64,000 nucleotides of DNA from Trichoplax adhaerens (GCF_000150275.1 NW_002060947.1:7797880-7861879); one strand, 5' to 3'; numbered from the stretch's first letter, positions 23,801 to 38,629 are shown. Numbers and translations: made by a program. Notes: a model not told the origin generated them from the letters alone.

Positions 23801-26800
23801 GAAAATTTTCCCAATTTGGCGTACATTAAATTATAAATAAATTGCTGAAAGATATAACAAGATTTCTTACCTAAATACCTTGATATTATACCAGTATTAT
23901 GGCTTATAACTACAGAAATACTATTATTAGGCAGATTACTCTTTTAATCAATCAGATGACTGAGTGTGTATTTGGTATACTGCTTATAATTGTCAAAACA
24001 GTAGTAAAGACAGATTAAATCCAATCAAGGTTTAGCATCTTACCCCATTCTGGCTGCCATTTGATTGATCTTTCAATTGATCAATTTGCTTTTGAAGCAG
24101 ATCTATTCGACTATTCCTCTCTTTCAATTCCTATTACGTATGTGAAAATGAATTAGTTTGATGGCACGTTCTTTCCAGCAAAGATACAGCATTTTATGTA
24201 TCTTAATAAGAAAGGAGATGATCCTACGACAGACTTGTTCTAATAGCATATTTTCACGATCCGTTTTAGCCACATAGACTTCTAGTTGTTTCAGTTTTGG
24301 CATGACTTTGGCTGCATCGTTAAATGTTGTTACTGAAATTATAGAACCGTTACTTTAAATAAGATCCAAGAAGAATTTAGGCTTAATGATTTGATAATTC
24401 AAGATAATTTCGCAGCTTGTTGATTAATTAATTCAGTAAAATGAGGGATTTGCTAGGTGTCATGAGTATTTCAAGTTTTAGTTAATCAATCCATTTGCAA
24501 ATCCCTATTACTAAGTTGCGACTATTATCAAGTAATAATCTTATATTGAGACAATGGCAATATCCCAACAAATTGATACAAATAAAGCATCAATTGGGTA
24601 TTTAGAATCCAAGATTAGCTCAAAAATAACCGATTGAATGCTAAAATAATACTGTAAAGGCAATAGTCTACTAGATTGGTCAATGAGAAATTACTCATCA
24701 AAGTAGATTTTAGAGATGAAATACAGCAACAGCAATAAATTGTGCCATTAATGAAGTAAGCACAGTTACCGCGAATATCAACTTAAAGCTAGCAAGCTTA
24801 CCTTTCCTATCCAGGAAATGCCTCAAATTTTCAATGCATACATCTCTTAATTCCAGCTTTTCTTGTAACTTTGAATTCTCATTTTCTAGCTCGCCCAATT
24901 TATTGGATAATAATAACATATCTTTAATCATTTGCTCTTTGTCACTCTGTAACATTTTTAATTCTTCAGAGCGTTCGTTAGATTGCGATTCTTGTAATCG
25001 ATTATTGATTTGCTTTTGCATCTTCAGCTCCTTATGTAAGTCTTGGATAATTTCAGCCCGATTCTAGTCGATATTAAATGAGTAGGGTTACTTTTCATTT
25101 CCGCAGAAAAGCAGACATTGTTGATATGTTGTCTTTTAAATCAAGATCGGAATGGTTAAAATTCTTAAATTTGGATTATAATAATAATTGTCGCCATATT
25201 CTTAATTTTACAAAGGTATCAAATTTAGATAGCAAAGTCTTCGAACTAGTAGGATATTTGCTGGAAGATATTAGTGATTACATCATCTTTATTCCTTTAC
25301 TCATACATGAGCTTAGGCTAGAACGTTTTTAGTTTGTCTCAAGTCGGATAGCACAAAGGCTAATAGACTCTAATTCATGAGCTATTCTCAGAATTCGCCA
25401 TCATTGCTCCTATTTTTTTATACGATGATACGCTAAAGCAACATTGATATTCTTCACTTTTTAATGGCCACAAGTCCGAAAAAGGAACACTTTAGAACTA
25501 CTTACTGGAAGCGCATTTCAAAATTTGAATTATAAAATTTTATTTTATCTGCTTCATGCATTCTAATCTATACGAAAAAAAGCTTTACCTTCGATATTCT
25601 TAGTTCTGCAATGTTTTGAGTTAAAACAAATGTCTTATAGCTACTGGGCACAAGCTTAAGGTAATTTAAAATCTTAAAAATGGAATATTACCCTATTGCA
25701 TATGGACTATGTTAAATCAACTTTGATCTAAGCAAAAGTTTCAAATTTAAAAATAAAAAGTTTTGAGCGATCAAGTATTTATAAAATACCCCATAATTTC
25801 CACGGGGTTCTGCATAGCAATATAATTTAAGCTACCAACTTTGCAATTTTAATTAAAATTAAAAGCAAAATTTTCCTATACTACCGTTGTGCATTCAGCT
25901 TTATCGTATAATCTTATTCAAGAGCATCGAAAGCTATTAAAAGCGGTACTACTTTTACAATTTCTATATAGGTATTCTGGCCAATCTAGGTTTTACAAGT
26001 AATCAATATTTCTCACCGAGCTTGGAATGCCCTTATGATTCAGATAAATTGAGTTACTTTAGGTTTTAATATAAATATTAAAATTAAAAAATTCTTTTTC
26101 TGATTATTTGAGCATTTCATTAATATTTGTTAGCTTCAAAGGTATTTTAGAGGGTTGAGCGAATTAGAATTCTTGCACCAGCTCATTGGGTTAACTAATC
26201 TATATCTATCGATTTTAGATTAGTAATAAATTGATTTCATTGACTTATTTCTTAACTGAGGCATTTTTAAATCTGGAGAAATTCTATTTCAGTAGTAAAG
26301 TAAGGATCTGTAGTACGGTACTTCTCGTATAATTTCAATAGTTTGATCAATTACTGGCCTCATAATTAAGAAACTTACGGATTTTACTCGATGCTGGAGA
26401 GGAATTTTTTTGTATTCCGGCTACACTATGCCTAAATCGCATTTATAGAGTTTGTAGTATTTGCAATTGGGATACAGTAGACCTTCTAACTAGTCTGCAA
26501 GTATTTAAAATATCGTAAAAGTTCTATAGGTAAAATGTCTAACAGTAATTTTATAAGAAAACGCAATGACACTAAATACATAGCTTATTTTAAATCCTTA
26601 TTGTTTTGATGGAATTTCCTATCTTTTGTCAGCAATAATGAATTATTCAGTGCATAATTAATGATCAGTAATATGGGTATCAATTCTTTTCAAGAACGAT
26701 ACTAATAAATCTTATTTTTTAAATAACTTTCATAGCATCCCAATCATGTACTGGTGTTATCCTAGGAGTGCATGAATTAATTATATACGTATGGTCATCC

Positions 26801-28613
26801 TACAAAAGATGTAAGCTGTTATAATCTAAAACTTATAATATTCGATCGTATTGATATTTAAAAAACTCCCTTAGAAATTGGACAAACTTTATTTATCATC
26901 GGTCATAATCTAGACGTAGGGAAAGTGATGAAATATTTGGAACCGTCCTTAAAGTGCTAAAGAGTTGTGGTACTCGTTTGCTCAAATTAAAATAATAAAT
27001 AGGAGCTTCAGTAAGGATTTATGGTTCTATCGATACAATGGTCACACTTTTTTCGGTAATGGTATTCCGTACGGAAATATAAAGGCAGCACGGTCATTTC
27101 TAGGAGTTTCAATTAGAATTTATGATCCTATAGATCTTATGCTCTTTTTTCTTGGTAACAGTATATCATAGGGAAAGATCAAGGGTGGCATGGTTATTTC
27201 TGGTAGTAATTTTCGGATACCAGCAGTAGGAAAATACAGTTGGGTTGGGAATGTAACAGGATTTAATTTGATTGACTTATTGTAACTATAAGGTAACTTC
27301 CTTCCTGTAAATTATTTATCTGATAGATCCTTACTAATCGTAAATTCCTTTTGCTGTTTGGATAATTAGCGATAGTAGAGATCTTAGAACTCAAAGCGTA
27401 GTAGGTATTTAAATAAATAATACGTATAGATACCGTCTTAGTTCATATTTTGGAGCATGGCTGTCATATCAGGAAATAAAATCCATAACAAGATGGTATA
27501 ACACTGTTGGTTCGAGGACGGCGTAGATTTTCCTTACGCGGAAACATCATACGGATCTCTTAACAATCTAATTATATTTTGTTTCATTTTAGGGAGCTGA
27601 TGATAACTAGACCAGGTGAAAGTAAGTATAGCTTCTGATATCAAAATTTTAGAGCATTTTTTCATGGTACTGAATGCAGCCTTGCAATGATTAATTAACG
27701 ATAATTTTCAGGCAGCAATTAGGTTTAAATATTTTTAGGGCAATTAATGCACAATGAATATTGTTCTTTAAACTAAATATAGACTTGCACATGTTATTTC
27801 AAAATATTAGGGGCCTCAGATAGATATAAAATTCTTTATAAAATCAAGGTATTGAAATTGCTTAGTGTCCATTGTAATGTGCAAACGAATGATCAAATCA
27901 AGCAATAAAAAAATAAATAAACTTACCTGAGATTCCTCCATGATCATTTTAAATCGATCTTTTAGAAATTCAGATTTTTCCACTTCTTCTCGCTTAATCA
28001 TACTTTCTTTCTTTAATTCAGGACTCCAGAATGTTTTAATACTATTGACAGTAGCGGCTAACTTTGAATCTTTTAATTTAATTTCTTTACGTAAATTTTC
28101 ATTTTCTGCTTTTAAGACGCCTAATGTTTCCATTAATTGGCCGTATTGATTGGATTGGTAGGAAGGTGTTGTTGAATTATATATCGAATGATAGGAATTA
28201 GCGTGACTATTGATCATATCTATACTATGGTTATGATGGTTATGCAATTGATCAAGATGTTGATGGTGATGAGGAGAGAGTGGAGGAGAGGTAGAATAAT
28301 TATTGTGCTGTGGTGGAGGTGGATGATGATTTTGATTCATGTACGGTGTACTATTTCCATAATTGTTTTCCGTCATTTGGATAGGAGATGCTGATGATGT
28401 ACTCATCTCATACGGATAATTTCTAGCATGTTGGTTTGCTGGCGACGGAGATGAGCGATTAACATGATTATGGATGATGGGTTGCGGTGAAAATTTACCA
28501 GCTCCAGATGATGAAACAGACGAATAAATTGAATTTTCTATTCCATGATCATTATTTTGCTGTGACATGGATGGACTACCATGTCCATAAGGCGATGAGT
28601 TATAATTATCCAT
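17887..28613 (-). CDS. ERC1: ELKS/ERC/CAST (Rab6-interacting, Bruchpilot-related) coiled-coil active-zone scaffold homolog, 13 coding exons, ~888 aa
   Basis: Exons (- strand, phase-consistent): 28613-27927, 25063-24802, 24332-24235, 24130-24044, 23653-23564, 23387-23220, 22928-22818, 22716-22618, 22322-22162, 22042-21967, 21685-21152, 18700-18542, 18021-17887. Family motifs: NSIKTFWSPELKKE, EIFKSHSKFMKAK, QHITVLQESIKSK. The C-terminus KLYQYIHTIQHLVKIDP...LHTVAMLILRQSIDTDLSALE resembles the FIP-RBD-like end of ubiquitous ERC1 isoforms. The symbol denotes the family (ERC1/ERC2 co-ortholog). Confidence 0.9.
19590..21045. repeat. Diverged ~230 bp repeat, 4 copies in two pairs, inside ERC intron 11
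   Basis: The pattern TGATTAATCA..ATTAG.TAG.CAAGTCTA...TAGATATTTT...GATCGG...TTTAGATTTT...AAGGTA...ATACTG recurs at ~19590, 19820, 20595 and 20838. Partial ATTAGCTAGATATC-like copies lie near 19085 and 19235. Confidence 0.85.
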
Positions 28614-31600
28614 GATTCAATTTTAGATTACTATGAAATTGTATTTCAACAAAATAAATTAATAGCCAGATAGTCGGTAGACTATCAACAATTCATAAAG
28701 CGAATTTAGATCTTTCTTTCTAATCTTATCGATGGAATGATCACACGATAATGATCCAAGAGTAGAAATAATATCCAATGACAGGAGCAAATCTTGAATT
28801 GAACTTTTGCACTGGATGGAACAAAAATCTTCTGAATTATGCATGAATGATATAAATTTCTATATTAGATGTATAATCATCTTGCTCGTCATTAGAAGAG
28901 ACGATTCATGTTGAATATAACAAACTGGAAACTCTGTATAATTCTTCTTCAAATAATTCAGTTGCTGAATAGTCAATAAATTGAAAGAGGCAACAATGAG
29001 TCAGTATCGAATGGAAAATAAAGATCAATTCAATTCACGGGTAATATTGGTTAGATTATTTAATCGATATCGTATCATACTACCATTCATTATATACCAT
29101 AAGCATAAATAATTACAGTTTATGATATTTAGATTATTTAATTTAAGATTAAAATATGTACTAGGAAAAAATTACACCCACACTTGCTTTGAAGAGAATA
29201 AGAAAGTTGGATTTATTTTATAAAATAGTTTAGTAACTGCATATTTTTATCGCAAAGAAGTGGATCCTAGAAATATTTTATCCAATCTCTGCTTTACGGG
29301 GTATTTTGATGGAAAGGATAAACCTCTTAGGAGTTAATTGCATCATTCCCCATAGAATAAGATTTATCAACAGTGAAATTGATGCTAATTAACTTAAACA
29401 GCTTAAAGAATGGCTATAAAAGGGTTTCTTTTAGCCCAGACACTTAATCTGAATGTTTACTACGAAATCCTAAGTGAAGTACTGCTAAAATAAATTAAAA
29501 AAATAAGGCTCATAGTAGATTAAGATAATTAATACATTAATAGAGTATTTCAACAGTCGTAAGAAAGCTTGTAGCCGAAGACAAACTAGATTTAAAATTT
29601 CAGGCTATTTTCTATATTAGAATCCAGTATATCAAAAATTAAAATTAATTCTTGGAGCAATAGAATAGCAAGTTATTCTGCCTGTTTGAAATGATTAGTA
29701 TACGAAATTTAAAATATTCTATGTAATTGAAGTTGAAACCATAGCAGGATAGATTTAATAACTATGATTAGCATATTGAAATATTCATTTGGCCCTTACC
29801 TGCAGACTATCAGCAAAATTGATTATTAAGTAAATTTAAGCAGTTCTGTCTGCATCAGAAGCGATCACTGTATTTAAATACCTGAGTTAAAATTCAATTA
29901 AACTATAGATGTAGTAAATCCGGAAGCTGCACTTTCTATTCGGAATGCTCAATATACTATGGAATTATTTAACCGGTTATACATTAATTGGAAGTTATTT
30001 AACTCACAAAAATGATACTCAGTGTGGTGTATTTAGAATATACTTTAACTATATTCTACTCTTAAATATAGACATGTTGCATTGATCTTATACATAGACA
30101 TATCTACAGTCTGTTCGCTCTATATTCAAATATGCTTACTACATTTAGCTATTATAGTCCTCGCTATTTTCTACAATCATCTGCTATTCTATAACCTGTT
30201 ATGGCATATGTTGTATCTGTTATATCTAATCCTACAATCATGTTCTCTGCATGTGTTCTAATGCCATAGTTATAAATACCGCCGTTTTCTACCTTAATTT
30301 TCTTAAGTTGCATTATTAGTCACAGTTAGTATTCACACTGTACTCACGGTAGCTATCGCGCTGACCTACCGTAATTATCACATTGTACCTAACTACTATC
30401 TACAATAAAGAATCCTCTTTTCTTAAGCTCCTTGTGCAATTCTCTGTATGGCAGCTAAAACTACATTATCTGACTCTTCGAACCCCCCATCGCACTCAGC
30501 TTACAGGAAATGATCACTGTTGCATTTCCTAGCCAGAATATTGTCCCTTAACTAAATTTTAGCTACTAAGGAAAGAAATAGTCTACTTTCCACGATCGAT
30601 TGTCCCCAAATTTGGCTACTTATTTAGAATCTCAGAATTGGGATGTGCTATCTGCTTAAAATGATCGCAATTACATGAAACTATACCTTAATCTTATAAT
30701 AGACGGAATTTAGGTGTACATCGAAAGTGATATTCTAGATATTTGGAATAATGGTCATCATCTTTAACTTCAATTAATAATAAGCTACCGGTGAAAGAAA
30801 TACTTTATGAATTGGCAATAATAGCCATCACATTTAATTAAGTAATGAATATGGAGTAGCTTAATTTATATTAAGCAGCCATGGAAAAGAGATATTCCTG
30901 TGATTTTTATCGCTTTTAATTGTCTGGTCTTCAAAATGCCGTTGTAATCAAGCCATCTACTAAAGATAGATTTTACACGATGAAATCGTTCTCATTACAT
31001 TATCAGATAGCTTTGTCTACAAATAAACTTTCAATAGAGTAATTTTAGAAAACTAGTAATTCGTTTCGGACAGTCCCGACAACATTTGAATATTCATACC
31101 GCTACTTTAAGTAAGTAAGCTATCTACTAGACAGATCTGAAAGTAGTTTAAAATGTTCTCTAGATTGTAATTTTATTATTAGCTAAAATCTACTTATGAT
31201 GGATTTTATGATACGATTCATGATTGTCTGAGTATGCACCTCCATTACCGTGAGTAAAATGGCCAGCGATAAAAATTTTAGACTGCAATCTAGCCATAAT
31301 CTGTTAGCGTACGCTTGAGCATATACGCAAATTATTGTAAGTAAAATATCTTCTGGCGAAAGTCATAGAGACAAAATTTGATTGCAATATGCCGATAAGT
31401 CACGATGTATATCTACTCGAAAGTATGATCGAAATCAAGTAAAATAGAATAGACTATGACTAAGAAATTGAACTGAAATCGGATCATCATATATACTTTT
31501 ATACGTACGCGTATCTGCATCGGAAACTGTCTATGGGTACAAAAATAGAAAGTCATCTTCTTATAGTGCACGCCATATTCACTTGAACGTGTATTCTTAA

Positions 31601-33778
31601 ATTGCTATTAATAATAGTCTTCTCCAAGTACAAGTAAAACACGACTGATATTAATCCACTTCGATTTACATATAAGTCGCCATTATTCTATTGCCTTCTG
31701 GCAAAATAATTAGACTCAGATCCAATTGTCATCTATTTTATGTTGTGTATCTGTTCAGAATTTACTTGTGCTATTTTACAGCATGTCACCCCACAAACTT
31801 ATTAGGCTAGAATCTAATCTTAATATAGATAATAGAGCCTATACGTTTCTACGTGTGCCTGATCCATTAAGGGGAGTAAACTATACTGAAATGTTATTAA
31901 GATATAGTTTACTTCTGGAAATTGAAATAATTATAGTACGGGTAGATTTCTAAGTAGTATTTGATGGTTTAGAGGTAGAGGTTTCGATAAATTGAATTGA
32001 TGGTTAGGACTAAAGATTCATTGTGACTGTAAAACTTTTTGGAATCTTTGATGAGTTATCTAGACTCGATTATTTTGTCAACATTTGCTATCTAGGTTGA
32101 AGATTATTAGCAGCAAACAGCCATATCAGAGTCGCAGATGTAGCAACAAAATTCTATCTCACTTCATTAATCAAATCTTTAGACTACGTGAATAATTTTA
32201 ACGATAAATCAATAAAATAACTGTTGTTAAAATCTAGACAAGGCAATCTGTGATTCCTTACTACATTAATTCAAGTAAATGTATAGATAGTATTAAGTGT
32301 TATAACTAGCAATTTGTATTACTTAAACCCATTTATAATCCTTTAATATTTGATGCAGGACAGTACAAGTTTCAATTTAGTAAAATTTGTTGGCAATGTT
32401 AAACATAAATCGAGTTGATCGTTAGTACTAGAGTCTCTGATGAGACAACGAGACTTGATATTCGTCTGATCATATTTAATCAATCAATAGCCATAAATTA
32501 CAACTATAACCATTGCTAGAGTCATTGATGAGGTTTTAAATTCTATTATTTACGACCATAAATTGGCCTAATTTATAGTTTGTATTAATGAATTTTTTGA
32601 TATAATAATTATACTCAATTATTTGTGAATTGGTCAAATTTACATTTAGTATTTAATGTTTCACTTTGAGATTTTCTTGATGACTAGAATCTGTGATAGG
32701 ATGTAAGGATTTGCTTCTTATTTGATCCATATAGTAAAGGGTTCCGTACAAAAATCTACAATTACCAGGATAACAATTTAGCTTACAGGAATATTTATTA
32801 TCTTTATTGGATTTGAATTATACAGTAAGGCAATATTTTTATCGGCGCTAAATTTATTTGTAAGGGTTCATGTTGTTTGTCTGATGATTTTTTGTAGTGA
32901 GAAGTGGATATTACAGGATTTTAAATTATTAGAGATAAAGATAGTTACCAAAATTGTAAATTTTTCTGAACCATTGATACTGTCCAACAAAATTAGTAGG
33001 TCCGATATAAGTCCTTGTATTGATAGTAAGGCAAATTGATAGAGATTTCGTATGGGGAAACAGTAGCAGTTGTAAGAAAATTTAGTTTAAGTTTTTAAGA
33101 CATTTTAGAAATCTCTATGAATGGGTTGATGCCATATTTAGTAATAACAAATCTCCATAGAAATACTAGCATGGTAATCTCAGCAATAAACTATGAAAGA
33201 AATCAATCCCAACATATTTACTTATTCCCAAGGATCTAGACAGAATCTAAGTTTATTAATGACTTATAGCAAAAATGAATTCGCGTAAGAAAAACTATCC
33301 ATGATTGGAAGGAATTGACTATAAAGCAATTAGAAGTTAGTATGGTCTTTTTTAGCTATATTTTACGGCAGTATATAGCTAAGTAGATTGCATAGTGTCA
33401 GGATAATCTATCTAATAAATTAGAAATAGTAAACTCTAATTAAAGATTACAGTCATCTTTCATCTGTTTATATTGTACTAAATGGTACAGGATTTTCCAT
33501 CTTATCTTGACGATATCCGATTACGCTTAGAGACTAGCAAGTTAACGGTAGAATAATTTAGAATCAAACAATATTGCTATCTACTGCTCCTCAACATCCA
33601 AAGATGCAAATTAAATCTACTAACGTGATTCTTTTTTCGGAGAATAGCATATTACTGAAAGCATTTAAATACCATCGTCAATTTTGATATAATTTTTCAA
33701 GCCTTATTTAAATCGATGTGTAGCTGTGATAATTAATTTTATCTAAGAAATTCCCTTGCTATCAATATAGTGATTCCA

Positions 33779-34255
33779 AATCAGATGTGGGCCATCTTTT
33801 TCTAAACTATAAATCATGCCTAGACTAAATCTTCCCTATCACAGTGATGGTCGGTAATGCATTAATATAATAAACCAGAATCAAATGTATTTCCATCCTT
33901 TTCTAATATATAAATTACGTCTAGACTAAATCTTCACTACCAAAGTGATGGCCGCCAATGTATTAATAGATAAATCCGATACGATGCCATACTTTTCTAA
34001 GCTGTAAATTGCATCTAGATTAAATCTTCACTTTAGCAGTGATACCTGGCAATGTATCATTATGATAAACCGGAATCAGATGCGATGCTATTATTTTATA
34101 AGCTATAAATTATGTTTAGATTAAGTCTTCATTTTAACGGTGATAGCCGGCAATGTATTAATATAGTAAACTAGAATCAGATGTGATACCATCCTTTACT
34201 AAGCTATCAATAATATCTAGATTAAGTCTTCGCTGCAATAGTAATAGCCAGCAAA
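33779..34255. repeat. Diverged tandem repeat, ~5 copies of ~97-100 bp
   Basis: The pattern AATCAGATG...CCATC-TTTTCTAA.CTATAAAT....TAGA(C/T)TAA(A/G)TCTTC...GTGAT(G/A)GCC...AATG(C/T)ATTAAT recurs at ~33779, 33878, 33975, 34074 and 34174. Confidence 0.9.
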
Positions 34256-37200
34256 TAGGATTTCACATGAGGAGAACAGTATATTTTTGGTAAAGTAATC
34301 GATAGCTTAAGATTGTTTCTGATTTTTTTAATATTGCTCAGCACCATGGTAGCATCTAGAATAAAATTTCCTTTTTGAAGTACAGTAGAAAAAAGGAAGG
34401 AGGTAGAAATAAGAAGTCATAGTCAACAACTATTACTAGCCTTCACTTGCCTGTATCATCGATTCTGAAGTAAAGTCATTTTTCTCTTGCCAAGAGGATA
34501 GTAAGAGAGGATCACAGTCATTAAATTTGAAATAGTATGTTACCGTATTACGAAAACACCTACGGTGGGTGATATTATCGTTATATCATCATCGCTAATA
34601 AAGCATTTAGAATTAATCAATTCTTCTTTTCTAGACCATGTAGCAAAATTAGATGATAAAATTGTAGAATTTTGGCAAGATTGATCAGTGTTGTACAAGT
34701 CTTATGCAAAATTTTTGTCTAATTTTATCCTTATTATCGTATAATTTGCCTAGCTAAATGATGACAAAGCTACGGTTATAAAGTTGATGATGGTATAACA
34801 AGCTAAATTAAATATTGTCAGTCCTGGTAAGCAAATAGCTTCATCAACTAATCAGTTATTTCAATTTTTTGCAAATCAATCTTTTAAATATAGTATCCAT
34901 TACTCTTCGTTGCAAACAATATTGTAGACGATGCCTTTAGCTTCATAAATTGGAGAATAACCCATTAACATATCCAAAATTATTTAAAAAATGTATTTAC
35001 AGTGATTGCATGAAACAATTATTTGATCATGGAAGATAACACAGTCTATTTTATCATACCATGTTTTACATGGTCATCTAAGGCCATTTTGATCAAGGGC
35101 TTTAAAACCAAGATTTTATTTAAACTTCAAAAGGCGGAAATTCCGTTCTCTCTTGCAATAGTTGACTATTTAATGTAAGTCAGTGATCATTTATACTGGG
35201 TTAATTCCAGTGTTAAAGCTGTCTTCTACAATTCTATTTCCATGATGTAATATAAAACTCGGTGGAACACGGAGAAGGAGTTTAACAGCCTTCATTTCGA
35301 GGAATCAAAGATTATTTTTATAAATGATGCCCATTTTAAGGGCCGATCAACGTAAAGGATGTTAAGCCTATACTTTCCATTTCCTTAAAAAGATTGTCTC
35401 AGAACCCTCTATTTGCGTCAAATAGCACCGGAAGGCATGCTAAACTAGTAATATAGTCGTTACCCATAGGTAGAATCATTTTAAATTGATCTTGGCTTCG
35501 TTAAGCATTTCATTTAGACATTGGTAATCAGTTTAATAGCATCTATGATGAACAGTTGATGATAACGATTGATGGGTAAACAGTCAACGTAGCCCAAGAT
35601 ACAATTAGACGAGGTTAAAAGTTTAACTATGATAGAGTTATTTTTAATCTTTTTAAAATAAGAATGTTCGAATGATAGGTTACAACAGTCGTTGGTTATT
35701 AATCCCTTCTACTTGCTTTCTTTCATCAATTTCAGCCAACGCTTTGACTAATGAATTCTATTTGAAATTAACCTACCATCACTTTTTGACTGGATCAATC
35801 ATCATAAAATTTACTCAAGCAGCTATCAAAATGAATATTTTACATTATCTTCTATTTTATCCTTCGACTGCATAGATACCAACTGAGATACGTAGGAAGG
35901 ATAGCTAAAAATCGTATTCAATTCTTAAATTAAGGCTATTCTTGTTGAGCTGAATCACGGACCTCGTTTAACTCTGTTAATCCATGAAGATGATGATCAT
36001 CATGATCGAAATGGCTTTTTATGATTCATTCCGATCAGCGTTGGTTCATCTGTGCTTGTGCGTCTATTTTTTCTTTGCGTTATTTGACATTGACATTATT
36101 TTAACTCAATCAGGCATAGAAAGAAATATAGCAACGACTGAATTTAGTAAAATAGATGGATTCCTAATGGAATCGATGGGAAATTAAATGAAAACAATGT
36201 CTAATAATAATGTAAAAAATAGGAAAACTCAACGATTAAAGTAACAAGATGCTTGAGTTTAATCGAATTTTTTCCGCAAGAATAGCTGTAAAAATTCAAT
36301 CTCCTTCTATTGTAAGAGAGTGTACTGTAGTTTTCAACATTTGGATGTGGTTTAGTGTAGAATCTTTTTCTCCCCACCCCTTGAAGAAAATATTCTTTCC
36401 ACCTTTATTTTAATTGGTATCAATTGCTACAATTATCTATTCTACTAAATGAAAAAGAACTTACTTGCTTTAGGTATTTCATGAAGTGCGATAAGAAGTT
36501 TAGAAAAATAGCTTGACTACGGAGAAGTGGATAATGAAGAATAATATTAGCCTTTCCAAATGCAATAAATTGACATTCTTAACAGCATGAATACAAAAAA
36601 AGTATCTTCAAGCCCAAGTTAATTAACTGCTGGTCATCAAGTCTATACGATGTCGTAATTAGTTGGCCAAAAAACGATATAATAATATATTTAGTCTTTG
36701 TTCTACTTTATGTTCCAAGTAGAATTACATCTATATTATAATCAGTCAATATTGAAGGGGCACAAACACTAGCTTGGCCTATAGACTACGGTATAATGCC
36801 TCTACCCTATCCTCATCCTTTCCTATCGGTCAAAGAATAATTTGACTATAATAGACTGCAAGTTAACATACATTGCATATGGTTATCCTTGTTTTAGGCT
36901 TTTATTATACTAAGTAAAGAATACAATAGTAATAATACAGTAAAATATGCAAACTTTTATGGTTAATTGAAGATATCTACTTCTCATAACATATATTAGA
37001 AATGTAGCTAGGAGAAAATAAACTATGGCTAGATGTATAAGATCAAATGACCTAGCTATGACTGTTGACGCGGTTTTTTTTATAAACTCGATCTTTCATC
37101 ATTTATAGAATAAATTTAAATTCAATTTCTGGACAAGATGGAATGCCATGACTGTAGCTACGATGACACTATTTTTTATATAATATCTATCTCTTTCCCA

Positions 37201-38409
37201 CTAAATGACTACGCGACCGCGTAGTGATCTATTGCTAGCTTGAAATGATACTCATCGACATTGATCACTGTTTTATTGATTTAATAGCATGATTCTCCTT
37301 TTTCTTATATCCATATGAGTAATTGCCTTTCAATCTAGCAGTCAAAATGATATGGATTACTTTACTCTGATATCGTAGATGATATAGTATATCATTTCTC
37401 TCTTTATATAGGTATAGATGTCTACCGTATATATAGATCTGTTATATACAGTATATGTAGATATATGTAAACAGCTTTCTACTGTACTAGTTATGGATCC
37501 TTATAAAACACTTATCAAAATCTTCCTAAGTAGCATGAATACTTGCATTCGTTACGCATTAACTACTAATTATTCGAAAACCTTCGTCAACTACTCTCTA
37601 TTTCTATTGCCTTTATTTATGATGAATTGAATGTAAACGCTATTTTTGAAGACATTGACTATGTGCAAAACTAACATTTGAAATTCTCCTACATTTACAG
37701 CATCTCGGTATCTAAACCAATCATCGCTAGCGGAAAGAATAGTTACTATAGTAATTAATGAGCACGTGATCGACAATGACGCTTGGCTTGAACAGGAGGA
37801 GGAGAAGAAGGAGGAAAAGATGAAAAATAATATTGAAATAGCCCCTTCCAATGATGATGATGAATTTCCTGCATGACATGATTGATATAGAGATGTGAAT
37901 ATCCTGATGAATATACATAGCTAATACGATTCAACTGATTATCAAAATATCTTTCCATCAACTATCATGAAAGATGCTGGTCGTTGGTTGGTTTAGGGAT
38001 GCAATTGATCGACATCAACTAGAAATTAAATATAGATTGAACACAATTGGATCAAGAATGGATAGATAGTAGATAAAGGAAAGAATCAAGGATAGAAAGG
38101 ATAGTCTATGGTGAATCAGACTAAAATTCGTTAGTGGCGTGCTGATTATAGGAAATAGCTAAGTAATATTGTTGGAAAGTCGATCGCAATCAAAATACGT
38201 AGATCATTCTATCCCGCTAGTTAAATAAGAGACAAGATCAATATTATTGCAATTTAAAGTCAATTAGAATGATTGAAAAATTATACGTAAACCATTGGTT
38301 CAGGGAAAGAATCCAATCATGTAACCAATATTTTAAAGTGAATTAAAAATGGATGCTAAGAAAATGGCTTAGGTAGACTATTCATCGATAGGATATGACC
38401 TTGAAATTA

Positions 38410-38600
38410 AATTAGAAATGAATTTGATAGTCGATACCAGCTGAAAATCAGCATACTTTATAATCGAATGGTGATGAGAATAAGTTAGAGACTGATAAAA
38501 GGATGAGATTAATTAGAAACGAGTTCAATAGGCGATACCGACTGAAAATCGATGTACTTTATGATCGAATTGCGACAAGAATAAGTCAAATACTGACGAG
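38410..38600. repeat. Diverged tandem duplication, 2 copies of ~103 bp
   Basis: ATTAGAAA...GATACC..CTGAAAATC....TACTTTAT.ATCGAAT...AGAATAAGT....ACTGA occurs twice. Confidence 0.8.
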
Positions 38601-38629
38601 AGTAAGGAACAAAAATAAATATAATACGA

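Noticed and set aside
30465-30505. - strand GGTTCGAA B-box-like motif suggesting a tRNA or SINE
   Set aside because: No cloverleaf stems or matching A-box could be built.
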